64,000 nucleotides of DNA from Pristiophorus japonicus. Taxonomy: Eukaryota. The stretch covers positions 29,574,001 to 29,638,000 of the forward strand of contig NC_091999.1 in assembly GCF_044704955.1 (NCBI RefSeq), written 5' to 3'. Numbering within the stretch: the stretch's first letter is position 1; every line of letters begins with the position of its first letter. The notes beneath the pieces are model-generated. The model ran no database searches. It saw nothing but the letters and a program-made list of their open reading frames with translations, and was not told where the DNA came from. Position numbers and translations under genes: made by a program. This document shows positions 38,803 through 53,500 of this stretch, one piece after another.

Positions 38803-39381
38803 GGGTCCTGAATTTGAGGTCTGAGGCATACACCCGGAGTACGCCACCGACACGAAAATAAATTGGTGTCTCTGGAGCTTTGGAATCTTCAGGTCTTGGG
38901 ACTCAATGCATATATCTGCATAAAGGCCAATGGATCCCAGGGAAGCAGCCGGTTCGGAAGCATTCCTGGGATCACCTGGCTGGGCCAGCCCAACCAATTA
39001 AATAGAGGGATTCACCATTACCTTATGGGGCTTCCAATTACAAAATACATTCCCATAAGCTTGTGAGAAATCTCTCAATAAAACACAATTCTAATAAAAA
39101 TAACGAATCCCCTGTTCCAAATGAATGAAACGTCCCTTTTATTAAGCATTTAAAATGTTTCAGGGGCATTCGGTGGGGCGCAGTTGGGCCCTGCACAAGG
39201 AAGAGTGTTTTCGGGGTGATCGCCGATGATCAATTAAGATGAATCTTGACAGATCGGAACTTCCGGGTTTTACGTGCATGCGCGGCGCATATGGAAAGTC
39301 AGAAGTTGCGGACCCATTCTGAGGACTTACGACGGCGCACGCTGTGCAGACACCATCATCAGCCCGGCTAAATCCGGGCAA
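38803..39381. mobile_element. Non-autonomous DNA transposon-like (Harbinger-type MITE)
   Basis: Imperfect TIRs gggtcctgaattt / aaatccgggca, GC-rich arms and an AT-rich centre. Confidence 0.5.
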
Positions 39382-39889
39382 TTATGAATATTCATCATTT
39401 TATTCCAATCGTAAATGGACAGACAGACATATCGATAGATAGACAGTTNNNNNNNNNNNNNNNNNNNNNNNNNNNNNNNNNNNNNNNNNNNNNNNNNNNN
39501 NNNNNNNNNNNNNNNNNNNNNNNNNNNNNNNNNNNNNNNNNNNNNNNNNNNNNNNNNNNNNNNNNNNNNNNNNNNNNNNNNNNNNNNNNNNNNNNNNNNN
39601 NNNNNNNNNNNNNNNNNNNNNNNNNNNNNNNNNNNNNNNNNNNNNNNNNNNNNNNNNNNNNNNNNNNNNNNNNNNNNNNNNNNNNNNNNNACATGTATAC
39701 AAACATATAGTGAATGTTGTTGATATAAATTATGACATATAGAGCAATATATAGGTAGACATGCAGACAGACAGACAGTCAGATACAGAGAACGGTACAG
39801 TGATGCAGAGAGATCGATAATACTTTTCACAAATCATTTTAATATTTTAAGAGACTAATGTGTAGCCTTGAGTACAGATGGATAGATTG

Positions 39890-40090
39890 CCATGGTGAAT
39901 GAGTGTTTGTTTGCTGTTCGTGTTAAGAAAATGGAAAAGGCTCTTTGTAAACATGAGGGTATCGAAATCTCAACGTGCAGTGGCATCTGATCTACAGCAA
40001 TGTGGCATTGGGTACCAGAGTCTGTAATACTATAATTGAGAAAGGGGGACATGACATGAGCTGGAGATCTCCCTCTGTACTGACTTCTGA
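39890..40090 (-). repeat. Unclassified dispersed repeat adjoining TAGA microsatellite (copy 2)
   Basis: Aligns with 18990-19200 (gttcg..ggaaaag..gaaatctca..cagagtctgtaatac). Confidence 0.65.
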
Positions 40091-40379
40091 TCTACAGCAG
40101 TTTAGGACTGGTCCCGGGACCGTTCTCATATAATGCGGAAGGGGTGGAGGGGTGGGGGTGGGGGGGGGTTTCCTTGTGTAGTGAAACCTGATAAAAAGTA
40201 GTGAGCGATTTGACTAAAATATGTAGACAAATCATGGTGGTGGGAGGGGGTGCGGCAGAGAATTGAATATCAATGAGTATAGACACTTGAACTACTGAAG
40301 GTTGGGACGGGGTGTCAGAGTCTGTAATAATATAATGTCAGGAGATGGAAATCTTAATGAATACTGAACTACTACGGGG

Positions 40380-40695
40380 CAGTTCAATTAGTACTAATCT
40401 TGCCCCATAGCCATTTACATCTTTATTTTTGAAGAATATATCAAGGTAATTATGAAGGTTACTAATAAAATCTGCTTCCACCTCCCTCTCAGACAGTGCA
40501 TACCCTGTCACAATATCGCGCTGCACAAAAATGCCTCCTAATTTGCCATCTCTTTTAATACCGATTAACTTAAATCGATATTGCCTGGTTACGATCCTTC
40601 CTCCAGTGGAAACTGTTCAGTTTAATTTACTCTATCGATATCTTGTCTAATATTGAAGACCACTATCAAATCTCCACGTAATCCTCTCTGCTCAA
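40380..40695 (-). mobile_element. Old CR1 3' fragment
   Basis: YALSEREVEADFISN..LDIFFKNKDVNGYG resembles the CR1 C-terminus. Confidence 0.7.
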
Positions 40696-40696
40696 G

Positions 40697-41125
40697 GCGT
40701 CAGCGTTTGCTCAGCAGTCGCACCCGCACCTCTGACATCAGAAGCTTGTGGGTTCAAGTACCGCTACAACGATTTAAGCACATAATGTAGTCTGGCACGC
40801 CAGTGCATTGCTGAGGGAGTGCTGCACAGTCGAACGTGCCGTCTTTCTAATGAGATGTTGGTCTGAGGTTTTCCCTGCTCTCTGATGTGAATACAAAAGA
40901 ACCCATGGCAGGGGAATTTTCCTGGTGCTCCGGCTAATATTTATCCCTCACCCACCATCATTAAAGTACATTATATGCTCGTTTATCTCATTGCTGTTTG
41001 TGGGGTCTTGCAATGTATCGATTGGCTGCTGCGTGCCCTACAATGAACAGTGGCTTCACTTCAAAAGTACTTCATTGATTCTAAAGCGTTTTGAGACGTC
41101 CTGAGCTCATCAAGCGCGCTAAATT
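40697..41125 (+). mobile_element. SacSINE1/DeuSINE-like tRNA-derived SINE
   Basis: tRNA-like head with B-box gggttcaagt, ctgagggagtgctgca core and L2-like tail (aaagcgttttgagacgtcctgag). Confidence 0.8.
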
Positions 41126-41229
41126 AATTCGTTATTTATTTCCTTTCCACACGCAAACAAGAAAAAATCTCCTTCCCTTCACCCTTCCCCCACTCCATCA
41201 GGGCCTACCCATTGGTTTGAGTAGAAACC

Positions 41230-42325
41230 TCTTTCCACACACTGCCAAGAGCCAGGGCTACTCTTCGCGGTCTCACGCTGTTAACTGGTGTCCCATAAGT
41301 ATCTATCCCTGGCCCCCAGATATTTCTCATCTAAACGGCGCCCGTCGGGGCCGTCATCCAAAAACACAATATCACGTTCGACATATATGCTAACGACACC
41401 CAGCTCGACCTCACCACTACCTCTCTCCACCCCACCAGTTTCTCTAATTTGTCAGGCTGCTTTTGTGACATACGGTATTGGATGAGCAGAAATGTTCTCC
41501 AACAAAATATTGGGAGTACTGAAGCATCGTCTTTGCTCTCGCCACAAACTCCGTTCCATAGCCACCCACTCCATTCCTTTCGCTGGCGTCTGACTGAAGC
41601 TGAACCAGTCTATCTGCAATCTTGGGATCGTATTTGACTCCGAGATGAGCTTCCAACCACCTTTGCGCTCCATCACCAAGATTGCCTATTTTAACCTCAG
41701 TAACCTCGCTATACACCACTCCTACCTCAGCTCATCTGCTGCGGAAACCCTCATTCATGCCTTTCTTATCTCTAGACTTCACTATTTCAACGCTCAGATG
41801 GATGTGCTCCCATCTTACACCCTCTATAAACATTACCATATCAAAAGCTCGGCTGCCCGTGCCCTAACTCACACCGACCCGCTCCTCCATCACTGACCTT
41901 CATTGGCTCTCGTTCCGGAAAAATCTCCATTTAAAACTCTCATTGTTTTTTTAATTCATCCCTTTCTCGCTAATCTCTGTAACCTTCTCCAATACAACAA
42001 CCCACCGACACCTGTGCACATCTCTAAATCCCGGCCTTTTGCGCATTCTCTTTGTTAATCACTCAACATTGGTGGCCGTACATATAGCTGCGTAGTTCCT
42101 CAGCAAAATAATTCCTCCTTAAACTTCTCCACCTCTCGACCTCGCTCTCAGTCTTTAAGACGCTGCTTAAGACCTACATCTTTGACCAAGCTTTTTCTCA
42201 TCCATCCTAATTTCTTCTTATGAGGCTCGGTGTCAGATTCTGTTTAATAACTCTCCTGTGTAGCACCTTGGGACGTTTTTCTTGGTTAATGGCGCTACAT
42301 TGACATAAGTTCTTGTTGGTGTTGA
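41230..42325 (+). mobile_element. L2 LINE 3' fragment
   Basis: YANDTQL (YADDTQL), LSSSAAETLIHAFLISRLHYFNA, LTDLHWL; tail ggcgctacatt..gttg. Confidence 0.88.
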
Positions 42326-42699
42326 CAGACGAGGAACGCATTGCTATAACCTTGAATTAGTAGATTGTGGTGTTTTTAAAAAATTAAATGGTTCGGCTCT
42401 TTAACATATACATTCAGAGTTTATTGACTGCCAATTTTAGAATTACAACATTCACAGATTCAAACAACATTTCGCAGCAAACAGCAGGTAACGAAACAGA
42501 CAATGAGAATTAGTATCTATGTTGAGAACCTGATCGCATTTCTCCTTGATGAAGCAACTAATTAATAAATTGTTTACTTTGACCAAATGCAAGTGTCCAC
42601 ATATAGAATCTGGGATATGAACCAAAATTTTATAGCGGCACAAACTGAGGCCATTCATTCAGATCGGAATTACTGATTGCAATTTTGCCCCTTGTGTGA

Positions 42700-43475
42700 T
42701 CCTGTCCCCTCTCTCTCCAGAGCCGTATATAAATATCAATCTAATCCCACAGCCGCGCTCATTCCTCATAGTGCTGTATAAACCGAAACTAATCATACAG
42801 CCACTCTCTCTCGGAAGCCCGATACCAATTGCAAACTAACACCAATGCGCCTCTTTCCCCAGATTCATGTAGGAATTCTAATCTAATCCCACAGCAACGC
42901 TCATTGCCTATACCCCAGTTACAATCCCAAACTAAGTATGCTTTCTTCTATTTCCCTATATTCGTCGAACTATTCCACTGCATACTCTCCACAAAGCTCT
43001 GTATTACTGAAAAACAAATTGCTCTTTCCCCTCTTTCCCCATATTTCTGCATCAATTCAAAACGAATCCCACTGTCCAGCTCACTCCTCATTGCCCTGTA
43101 CAAATCCCATACTAATCCGACAGCCCTCTCTCTCCCCACAGCCCTCAATCTCACCCAAACTGCTCCTGCTGCCCCACTGTCTCCCCATAACCCTGTATCA
43201 ATCCCAAACTAATCGCATGGCCCCGCTCTCTCCCCACAGCCCTGTTTCAATCCCACACTAATCACACTGCCACACCCACGCAACATAGCCCTTTATCAAT
43301 GCCACAAAAATCACACTGCCCACTCAAGCACCATAGCCTTTATCCATCCGAAACTAACCTCAGTGTGCCACTCTCTCCCTATAGTCGTATATGAATCCCA
43401 AACTAATGCCACTGCCATGCTCTCTCCTGGCTCTCTTCACGTAGCCTTCTATCAACGCCAAACAATTCCCACTGA
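42700..43475. repeat. ~48-bp minisatellite
   Basis: Repeated ccacagccctgtatcaatcccaaactaatcccactgcc..ctctctcc. Confidence 0.85.
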
Positions 43476-44312
43476 TCCATCATGAAGGAAGGGAAAAAGC
43501 ACATGGACCTGCTCCATGCAGTCGATATTTTCCAATTGAGGAACATGGGTGGAGACTCGGTAAAATCAAGTCCCCACATCAATTCTAACCATATACCATC
43601 CCGAAAGACTTATGCCTTCCTATTGCCTCCCCGCCCTGTCTACACACAGCATGTCTTAAATTTTATCGTCTTCCATCAGTGAATTATTTGGTCCCATAAC
43701 TAGATCTACCGTATGCAAACTGCATGTGAAGCACCACTGCTGGCTTGGAGTCGCCGGAAACGTTACAGTACGGCACCAGCAATGAGGTCCAGTAGTCCGA
43801 GGTTCGCTCGTGACTTCCGATATTCAGCAGCAGATTGCTCGTGGCGTTGCCCAGGTCAAATTGATGCATGCAATTTGTTTTCATATACTCAAAATGGCAA
43901 CACATTTGGGATCGAGACAGTAGAAACGAAGTGGCCTCGTAGTGAGTCTCAGCAACTACAACTACATTTAATAATGCACAATTGAATGAAAAATGTTGAT
44001 GTAGCAATTTGCAATGGGAGATGGTCAGAGAAAAGCATGATCGAGAGATAGANNNNNNNNNNNNNNNNNNNNNNNNNNNNNNNNNNNNNNNNNNNNNNNN
44101 NNNNNNNNNNNNNNNNNNNNNNNNNNNNNNNNNNNNNNNNNNNNNNNNNNNNNNNNNNNNNNNNNNNNNNNNNNNNNNNNNNNNNNNNNNNNNNNNNNNN
44201 NNNNNNNNNNNNNNNNNNNNNNNNNNNNNNNNNNNNNNNNNNNNNNNNNNNNNNNNNNNNNNNNNNNNNNNNNNNNNNNNNNNNNAGATTGAGAGATAGA
44301 TCGATAGATAGA

Positions 44313-44530
44313 TCCCTACCGCAGAGAGTTCTTAATGCCAGTTCATTGGATATATTCAAGAGAGAGTTAGATATAGCCCTTGTGGCTAAAGGGATCAAGG
44401 GGTATGGAGAGAAAGCAGGACACGGGTTGTGATGTGAATGATTATCCATGATTTTATTGAATTGTGGTGCAGGATGTAAGGGCCGAATGGCCTACTTCTG
44501 CACCTATTTTATGTGTTTCTATGTTTCTAT
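44313..44530 (+). mobile_element. CR1 3' end
   Basis: ctaccgcagagagtt..ggggtatggagagaaagcagg..(tttctatg)n. Confidence 0.85.
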
Positions 44531-47500
44531 CTCCCATTTCCTCCCGCCACCCCAATTGGATGTGATTTCTGGGGTAAAATTCGATAGAGATAGACGGGGT
44601 ACAGTTGACCCCCACCTATTGGGGAACTGGGTAGGCCAATGGTCCTGAGCTATGTTATTACAGTGCGACAAATATTCATATTAGATCCGGTGTCAGTCAA
44701 CACAGAGATTTTGAGCAGTGACTTCCTCTCACTACATTTGTATATGACTGGTCCCCACTGCCACGGTGCAGTAGATCAGCTGTCAGTACACAATAAGATT
44801 TCCATACCCTGATGATAAAGCTCAGCATTTTCTACATTCTTAATCCGAACTACAAAAAGAGATAGGGTTTTATTCAAAATAATTCAGATATCCGTCCATT
44901 CACATTCTTGTTCCAATCTTTCAGATTGAACTTTTATCAATCAACCAAATTGTTCAATGCATCAATATATTTCTATCTATCAGTCTGCCCTATAATCTAC
45001 ATAGAGCTCTATTTGTCTTAATTGCTTAACTTATATCAACAACTCTCTCTATATGTTTGTNNNNNNNNNNNNNNNNNNNNNNNNNNNNNNNNNNNNNNNN
45101 NNNNNNNNNNNNNNNNNNNNNNNNNNNNNNNNNNNNNNNNNNNNNNNNNNNNNNNNNNNNNNNNNNNNNNNNNNNNNNNNNNNNNNNNNNNNNNNNNNNN
45201 NNNNNNNNNNNNNNNNNNNNNNNNNNNNNNNNNNNNNNNNNNNNNNNNNNNNNNNNNNNNNNNNNNNNNNNNNNNNNNNNNNNNNNNNNNNNNNNNNNNN
45301 NNNNNNNNNNNNNNNNNNNNNNNNNNNNNNGGCCTTCATGGTACACGACACTAAAAACATCCCAATAATAGACAACAAAGTGGAAATGGGGAGGAGGAAA
45401 CTTAAAACATTTCACTTAAGAAAAAGTATTGGTTAGCATAATGGGACTAAATTTTCACAAGTCGCCTGGAACTGATGGTCCGCATCCTCGGGTCTTAAAA
45501 GAAGTGGCTGCAGAGATATTGGATGCATTGTTTGCATTCTACCAAAATTCCCTGGATTCTGGAGATATCGCAATGGATTGGAAAATCGCAAATATAATGG
45601 TGCTATTTAAAAAATGAAGGCGACAGAAAAAAGGACATTATACACTGGTTAGCCTAGCATTTGTCGTGGGGAAAATGCTCGAATCCTTTCGTAAGGAAGT
45701 AGTAGCATTGCATTTGCAAAAGCATAATACATTCAAGCAGAGTCAGCATGATTTTTTTTAAAGTAAATCATGTTTGACAAATATTCTGGAATAATTTTAG
45801 AATGTAACTATCACGGTGGATAAGAGGGAATGAGTGGATGTTGTGTATTTTGATCTCCAGAAGACATTCGATCAGGTGCCACATAAAGGTTACTGCACAC
45901 GATACAAGCTCAGGGGGTCGGTGATAATATATTGGCATGGACAGAGGATTGGCTAACTAACAGAAAATAGAGCGTCGGGATAAACGGGTCATTTTACTTT
46001 GGGAAAACCGTAATTCATGGGATGCTACAGTGATCAGTGCTATGGCCTCAACTATTTACAATGAAGATTAACGATTTGGATGAAGGAACCATGTGTAATG
46101 TCGCCACGTTTGCTGTTTATACAAACATGGGCGGGAAAGCATGTTGTGAGGAGTACACAACGAATATAAAACGGGATATAGACAGGCTAAGTGAATGGGA
46201 AAAGATTTTGCAGATGGTGCATAATGTGGGAAAAAGTGAGGTTGTCCACTTTGGCATGAACCATAAAAAAGCAATTTAATATTTTAATAGAGAAGGACTA
46301 CAAAATTCAGCAGTGCAGAGGGACCTATTTCTCTATCCCTCTGTGAACAAACATTTGGTTTCGATCTTCACGGTACAAGACACTAAACACATCCCAATAA
46401 TAGACAATAAAGTGACTATAGGGAGGAGGAAACGTAAAACAATCACTTTCACGAAAGAAAAGGTATTGGGTAAAATAATGGAACTAAAGTTGGACAAGTC
46501 GCCTGGAACTCATGATCCGCATCCTCAGGTCTTAAAAGAAGTGGCTGCAGAGATATTGGATGCATTGTTTGCAATTTACCAAAATTCCCTGGATTCTGGA
46601 GAGATCCCAACGGATAGAAAAATCGCAAATATAACGGTCCTATTTTCAAAAAGTAAGATGACAGAAAGCAGGAAATTAGACACTAGTTAGCCTAACATCT
46701 ATCGTTGGGAAAATGCCACAGTCCTTTAGTAAGGAAGTAGGAGCATTGCATTTGGAAAAGCGTAATTCATTCAAGCAGAGTCAGCATGAATTTTTTGAGA
46801 AGTAAATCATGTTTGGCAAATATACTTGAGTTCTTTGAGGATGTAACTATCAGGGGAGACGAGTGGCTGTGCTGTTTTTGGATTTCCAGAAGGCATTCGA
46901 TCAGTTGCCACATAAAAGGTTACTGCACAGGAGACAAGCTCAGGGGGTCGGTGGTACTATATTTGCATGGACAGAGGATTGGCTAACTAGCAGAAAACAG
47001 AGAGTCGGGATAAACAGTTCATTTTACGGTGGGCAACGGTAACTAATGGGGTGCCACAGTGATCGGTGCTATGGCCTCAACTATTTGCAATCTATATTAA
47101 TGACATGAATGAATGAATGGAGTGTAATGTGGCCAAGTTTGTTGATTAAGCAAAGGTGGGTGGGAAAGCATGTGGTGAGGAGGACACAGAGAATCTGCAA
47201 AGGGATATAGACAGTCTAAGTGAGTGGGAAAATATTGGGCAGATGGGGCATTATATGGGAAAGTGTGGCAGGAACAACAACAAAAAAAATAATATTTTAA
47301 TAGAGATGGATTACAAAATGCCGCAGTACAGCGGGACCTGAAGTCTTGAGCATGAAACACAAACGTTAGTATGAATGTAAGGCAAGTAATCAGGGAGGCA
47401 AATTGAATGTTGGCCTTTATTGCAATGGGGATGGAATATAAACGTAGGAAAGTCCTGCTACAACTGTACAGGATATTGGTGTGACCACACCAACAACACT

Positions 47501-50500
47501 TCGTACAGTTTTGGTCTCCTTATTTAACGAGGGATATACTGGCATTGGATGGAGTTCAGAAAAGATTCACTAGTTTGAATCCTGAGATAAATGTGGTGAC
47601 TTATGAAAAAAGGTGGAGCAGGTTGGATCTATACACATTGAGGATTAGAAGAATGAGATGTGAACACGTTGAAACATATAAGTTACTGAGGGTGTTCGAC
47701 AAGTTAGATGCAGAGAGCATGCTTAACTATCTATCTACCTCTCCGTTTTCCTCTGCCACCCCAATTGGATGCGAATTCTGATGTGAACCTCAATAGTATA
47801 CAAGCATTGGTAGGATGAGTGTTTGATTCACCCCTGGAACTTGAGGTGAAATGCAAACGCGGAAAAGGGGATGAACGTCTGTTCTATCTAATGGTGGACA
47901 GGATGTGTCAGTAGCTCAGTTACTTTCGTTTGGAGACGGGATCAAATTCATACACAGATAGACGGGATATAGTTGTCCTCCCTCTATTGGGGGACTGGTT
48001 AGGGCAATGTTCCTGGACTTTGTTATTACAGATAAACACGTGTTCATATTAGATCCAGTGTCAGTTGACACAGATATTTTCATCTGTGACTTCCTCACAC
48101 TACATTTGTACATGACGAATCCCCATAACCACAGTGCAGTAAATCATGTGTCAGTACATACTGAGATTTATATCTCCTGACTTCCTCCCACAGTATTAGT
48201 GTATGATTAGATCTCATTGACATTGTGCAGTAGATCAGGTGTCAGCACACAATAAGATTTCCATACCCTGATGATGACACTAAGCATTTTACACATTCTT
48301 AATCAGAACTTCAAACAGAGATAGGGTTTTATTCAAAATAATTCACAATTCATCTGTTCACATTCTTATTCTACTCCTTGGGATTCAACATGACATTTGT
48401 CAATCTACCAAATTATTTATTGCATCAATACCTTTCGATCTATCAGTCTGTCCAATAATCTACATATTGCACTCTCTGTCCTAATTTATATCAACAACCC
48501 TCTCTATAATGTTGTACATATANNNNNNNNNNNNNNNNNNNNNNNNNNNNNNNNNNNNNNNNNNNNNNNNNNNNNNNNNNNNNNNNNNNNNNNNNNNNNN
48601 NNNNNNNNNNNNNNNNNNNNNNNNNNNNNNNNNNNNNNNNNNNNNNNNNNNNNNNNNNNNNNNNNNNNNNNNNNNNNNNNNNNNNNNNNNNNNNNNNNNN
48701 NNNNNNNNNNNNNNNNNNNNNNNNNNNNNNNNNNNNNNNNNNNNNNNNNNNNNNNNNNNNNNNNNNNNNNNNNNNNNNNNNNNNNNNNNNNNNNNNNNNN
48801 NNNNNNNNNNNNNNNNNNTCACACACAATCTCTCGCTCTTTTTCTCCATCTATCCATCTATCTACCTTTATATGTACATATCTACCTATCCATCTATCTA
48901 TCTCTCTATCTATATATGAACGAATATTTGTTATCGGTCATCACGGTACACGATACTAAAAACATCCCAATATAGAAACATAGAAACTAGGTGCAGGAGT
49001 AGGCCATTCGGCCCTTCTAGCCTGCACCGCCATTCAATGAGTTCATGACTGAACATGCAACTTCAGTGCTCCATTCCTGCCTTCTCGCCATACCCCTTGA
49101 TCCCCCTAGTAGTAAGGACTTCATCAAACTCCTTTTTTAATATATTTAGTGAATTGGCCTCAACAACTTTCTGTGGTAGAGAATTCCACAGGTTCACCAC
49201 TCACTGGGTGAGGAAGTTTCTCCTCATTTCGGTCCTAAATTGCTTACTCCTTATCCTCAGACTGTGTCCCCTGGTTCTGGACTTCCCAACATTGGGAACA
49301 TTCTCCGTGGATCTAACCTTTCTAAACCCATCAAAATTTTAAACGTTTCTATGAGGTCCCCTCTCATTTTTCTGAACTCCAGTGAATACAAGCCCAGTTG
49401 ATCCAGTCTTTCTTGATAGGTCAGTCCCGCCATCCCGGGAATCGCCGCACTCCCTCAATAGCAAGAATGTCCTTCCTCAGGTTAGGAGATCAAAACTGTA
49501 AACAATACTCCAGGTGTGGCCTCACCAAGGCCCTGTACAATTGTAGCAACACCTCCCTGCCCCTGTACTCAAATCCGCTCGCTATGAAGACCAACATGCC
49601 TTTTGCTTTCTTAACCGCCTGCTATACCTGCATGACAACCTTCAATGACTGATGTACCATGAAACCCAGGTCTCGTTGCACCTCCCATTTTCCTAATCTG
49701 TCACCATTCAGATAATAGTCTGTCTCTCTGTTTTTACCACCAAAGTGGATAACCTCACATTTATCCACATTATACCTCATCTGCATGCATTTGCCCACTC
49801 ACATAACCTATCAAAGTCGCTCTGCAGCCTCCTGGCATCCTCCTCGCAGCTCACACTGCCACCCAACTTAGTGTCATCCGTAAATTTGGAGATACTACAT
49901 TTAATCCCATCGTCTAAATCATTAAGGTACAATGTAAACAGCTGGGGCCCCAGCACAGAACATTGCGGTACCCCACTAGTCAATGCCTGCCATTCTGAAA
50001 AGTACCCATTTACTCCTACACTTTGCCTCCTGTCTCACAACCAGTTCTCAATCCATGTCAGCGCACTACCCCCAATCCCATGTGCTTTAACTTTGCACAT
50101 TAACCTCTTGTGTGGGACCTTGTCGAAAGCCTTCTGAAAGTCCAAATATACCACATCAACTGGTTCTCCCTTGTCCACTCTACTGGAAACATCCTCAAAA
50201 AATTCCAGAAGATTTGTCAAGCATGATTTCCCTTTCACAAATCCATGCTGACTTGGACCTATCATGTCACATCTTTCCAAATGCACTGCTATGACATCCT
50301 TAATAATTGATTCCATCATTTTACCCACTACCGGTGTCAGGCTGACCGGTCTATAATTCCCTGTTGTCTCTCTCCCTGCTTTTTTAAAAAGTGGGATTAC
50401 ATTGGCTACTCTCCACTCGATAGGAACTGATCCTGAGTCAATGGAATGTTGGAAAACGACTGTCAATGCATCCCCTATTTCCAAGGCAACCTCCTTAAGT

Positions 50501-53500
50501 ACGCTGGGATGCAGTGCATCAGGCCCTGGTGATTTATCGGCCTTCAATTCCATCAATTTCCCCAACACAATTTCCCGACTAATAAGAATTAACTCAGTTC
50601 CTCCTCCTTACTAGACCCTCTGACCCCTTTTATATCCAGAAGGTTGTTTGTGTCCTCCTTAGTCAATACCGAACCAAAGTACTTGTTCAACTGGTCCGCC
50701 ATTTCTTTGTTCCCCGTTATGATTCCCCTGATTCTGACTGCAGGGGACCCACCTTTGTCTTTACTAACCTTTTTCCCTTACATATCTATAGAAACTTTTG
50801 CAATCCATCTTAATGTTCTCTGCAAGCTTCTTCTCGTAATCCATTATCCTTGCCCTCATCAAACCCTTTGTCCTCCTCTGCTAAGTTCTAAATTTCTCCC
50901 AGTCCCCGGGTTCGCTGCTATTTCTGGCCAATTTGTATGCCACTTCCCTGGCTTTAATACTATACCTGATTTCCCTTGATAGCCACGGTTGAGCCACCTT
51001 CCCTTTTTCATTTTTACGCCAGACAGCAATGTACAATTGTTGTAGTTCATCCATGCGGTCTCTAAATGTCTGCCATTGCCCATTCACAGTCAACCCCTTA
51101 AGTCTCATTCGCCAATCTATCTTTGCCAATTCACGCCTCATATCTTCAAAGTTAGCCTTCTTTAAGTTCTGGACCATGGTCTCTGAATTAACTGTTTCAT
51201 TCTGCATCCTAATGCAGAATTCCACCATATTATGGTCACTCTTCCCCAAGGGGTCTCGCAAAACGAGATTGCTAATTAATCCTCTCTCATTACACAACAC
51301 CCAGTCTAAGATGGACTCCCCCCTAGTTGGTTCCTCGACATATTGGTCTCGAAAACCATCCCTTATGCACCCCAGGAAATCCTCCTTCACCGTATTGCTT
51401 CAAGTTTGGTTCGCCCAATCTATGTGCATATTAAAGTCACCCATTATAACTGCTGCACCTTTATTGCTTGCACCGCTAATTTCCTGTTTGATGCCCTCCC
51501 CGACATCACTACTACTGTTGTGAGGTCTGTACACAACTCCGACGAACGTTTTTTGCCCTTTGGTGTTCTGCAGCTCTACCCATATAGATTCCACATCATC
51601 CAAGCTAATGTCCTTCCTAACTATTGCATTAATCTCCTCCTTAACCAGCAATGCTACCCCACCTCCATTTCCTTTTATTCTATCCTTCCTGAAAGTTGAA
51701 TACCCCTGGATGTTGAGTTCCCAGCTCTGATCATCCTGGAGCCACGACTCTGTAATCCAAATCACATCATATTTGTTAAGAACTATTTGCACAGTTAATT
51801 CATCCAACTTATTACGGATACTCCTTGCATTAAGACACAAAGCCTTCAGGCTTGTTTTTTTAACATCCTTTGTCCTTTTAGAATTTTGCTGTACAGTGGC
51901 CCTTTTTGTTCTTTGCCTTGGGTTTCTCTTCCCTCCACTTTTCCTCATCTCCTTTCTGTCTTTTGCTTTTGTCTCCTTTTTGTTTCCCTCTGTCTCCCTG
52001 CATTGGTTCCCATCCCCCTGCCATATTAGTTTAACTCCTCCCCAACAGCACTAGCAAACACTCCCACTCGGGCATTGGTTCCGGTCCTGCCCAGGTAGGA
52101 CAATAAAGTAGCTATAGGGAGGAGGAAACTTCAAACAATCAGTTTCACTAAAGAAAGATTATTGGGTAAAATAATAGGACTGAAGTTGGATAAGGCGCCT
52201 GGAAATGATGGTCTGCTTCCTCGGGTCTTAAAAGAAGTGGCTGCAGAGATATTGAATGGATTGGTTGCAATTTACCAAAATTCCCTGGATTTTGGAGAGA
52301 TCCCAACAGATTGGAAAATCGCAAATATAACGGTCATATTTAAAAAAGTAAGACGACAGAAAGCAGGAAATTGTGCACAGGTTCCTTTAGTAAGGTATAA
52401 GAAGCATTACATTTGGAAACGCATGACACATTCAAGCGGAGTCAGCATGCTTTTTTGAAAAGTAAATCATGTTTGGCAAATTTTCTTGAGTTCTTTGAGG
52501 ATGTAATTATCAGGGTGATAAGGGGGTACGAGTGTATGTGCTGTATTTGGATGTCCAGAAGGCATTCGATAAGTTGCCACATAAAAGGTTACTGCAGAGG
52601 ATACAAGCTCAGGGGGTCGGTTGTAATATAATGGCATAGATAGAGATTTGGCTAACTAAAGAAAAGAAAGTGTTGGAATAAACGGGTCATTTTACGGTGA
52701 GCAAACGGTTACTATTGGGATGCCACAGTTATCGGTGCTATGGCCTCAACTATTTACAATCTATATTAATGAGTTGGTTGAAGGGACCGAATATAATTTA
52801 GCCAAGTTTGCTGATGACACAAAAATGCGAGGGAAAGCATGTTGTGAGGAGGACACAAATAATCTGCAAAGGGATATAGACAGGCTAAGTGAGTGGGAAA
52901 ACATTTGGCAGATGGTGTATAAATTGCGAAAGTGTGAGCTTATCCACTTTGGCACGAACAATAAAAAAGCAATGTAATATTTTAATGGAGATGGATTACA
53001 AAATGCAGTAGGACAGAGGGGCCTGACGTCTTGAGCATGAAATACAAAAGTTAGTATTTATGTACAGCAAGTAATCAGGAAGGCAAATTGAATGTTGGTC
53101 TTTATTGCAAAGAGGATGGAAGTTAAACACAGGGAAATCCTGCTACACTGTAGAGGTTATTGGTTTGACCACACCAACAGTACTGCATACAGTTTTGGTC
53201 TCCTTATTTAAGGATGGATATCCTGGAGGCAGTTCAGAAAAGTTTCACTAGTTTGAATCCTGTGATAAAAGGGGGGACTTATGAAAATAGGTTGATCAGG
53301 TTTGATCTATACACATTGGGGATTAGAAGAATGAGAAGTGATCACATTGAAACATATAAGTTACTGAGGGTGTTCGACAAGGTAGATGCAGAGAGTATGT
53401 TTAACTATTAATCTAGCTGTCCAATTTCCTGCACCCACCCGAATTGGATCCGATTTCTGATGTGAATCTCAATAGTATACAAGCATTGGTGAGATGAATG

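Noticed and set aside
44762-44798. cacggtg-21bp-acaataaga RSS-like motif in the unclassified repeat
   Set aside because: Spacer of 21 is non-canonical, the heptamer is not conserved between copies, and no gene segment is adjacent.
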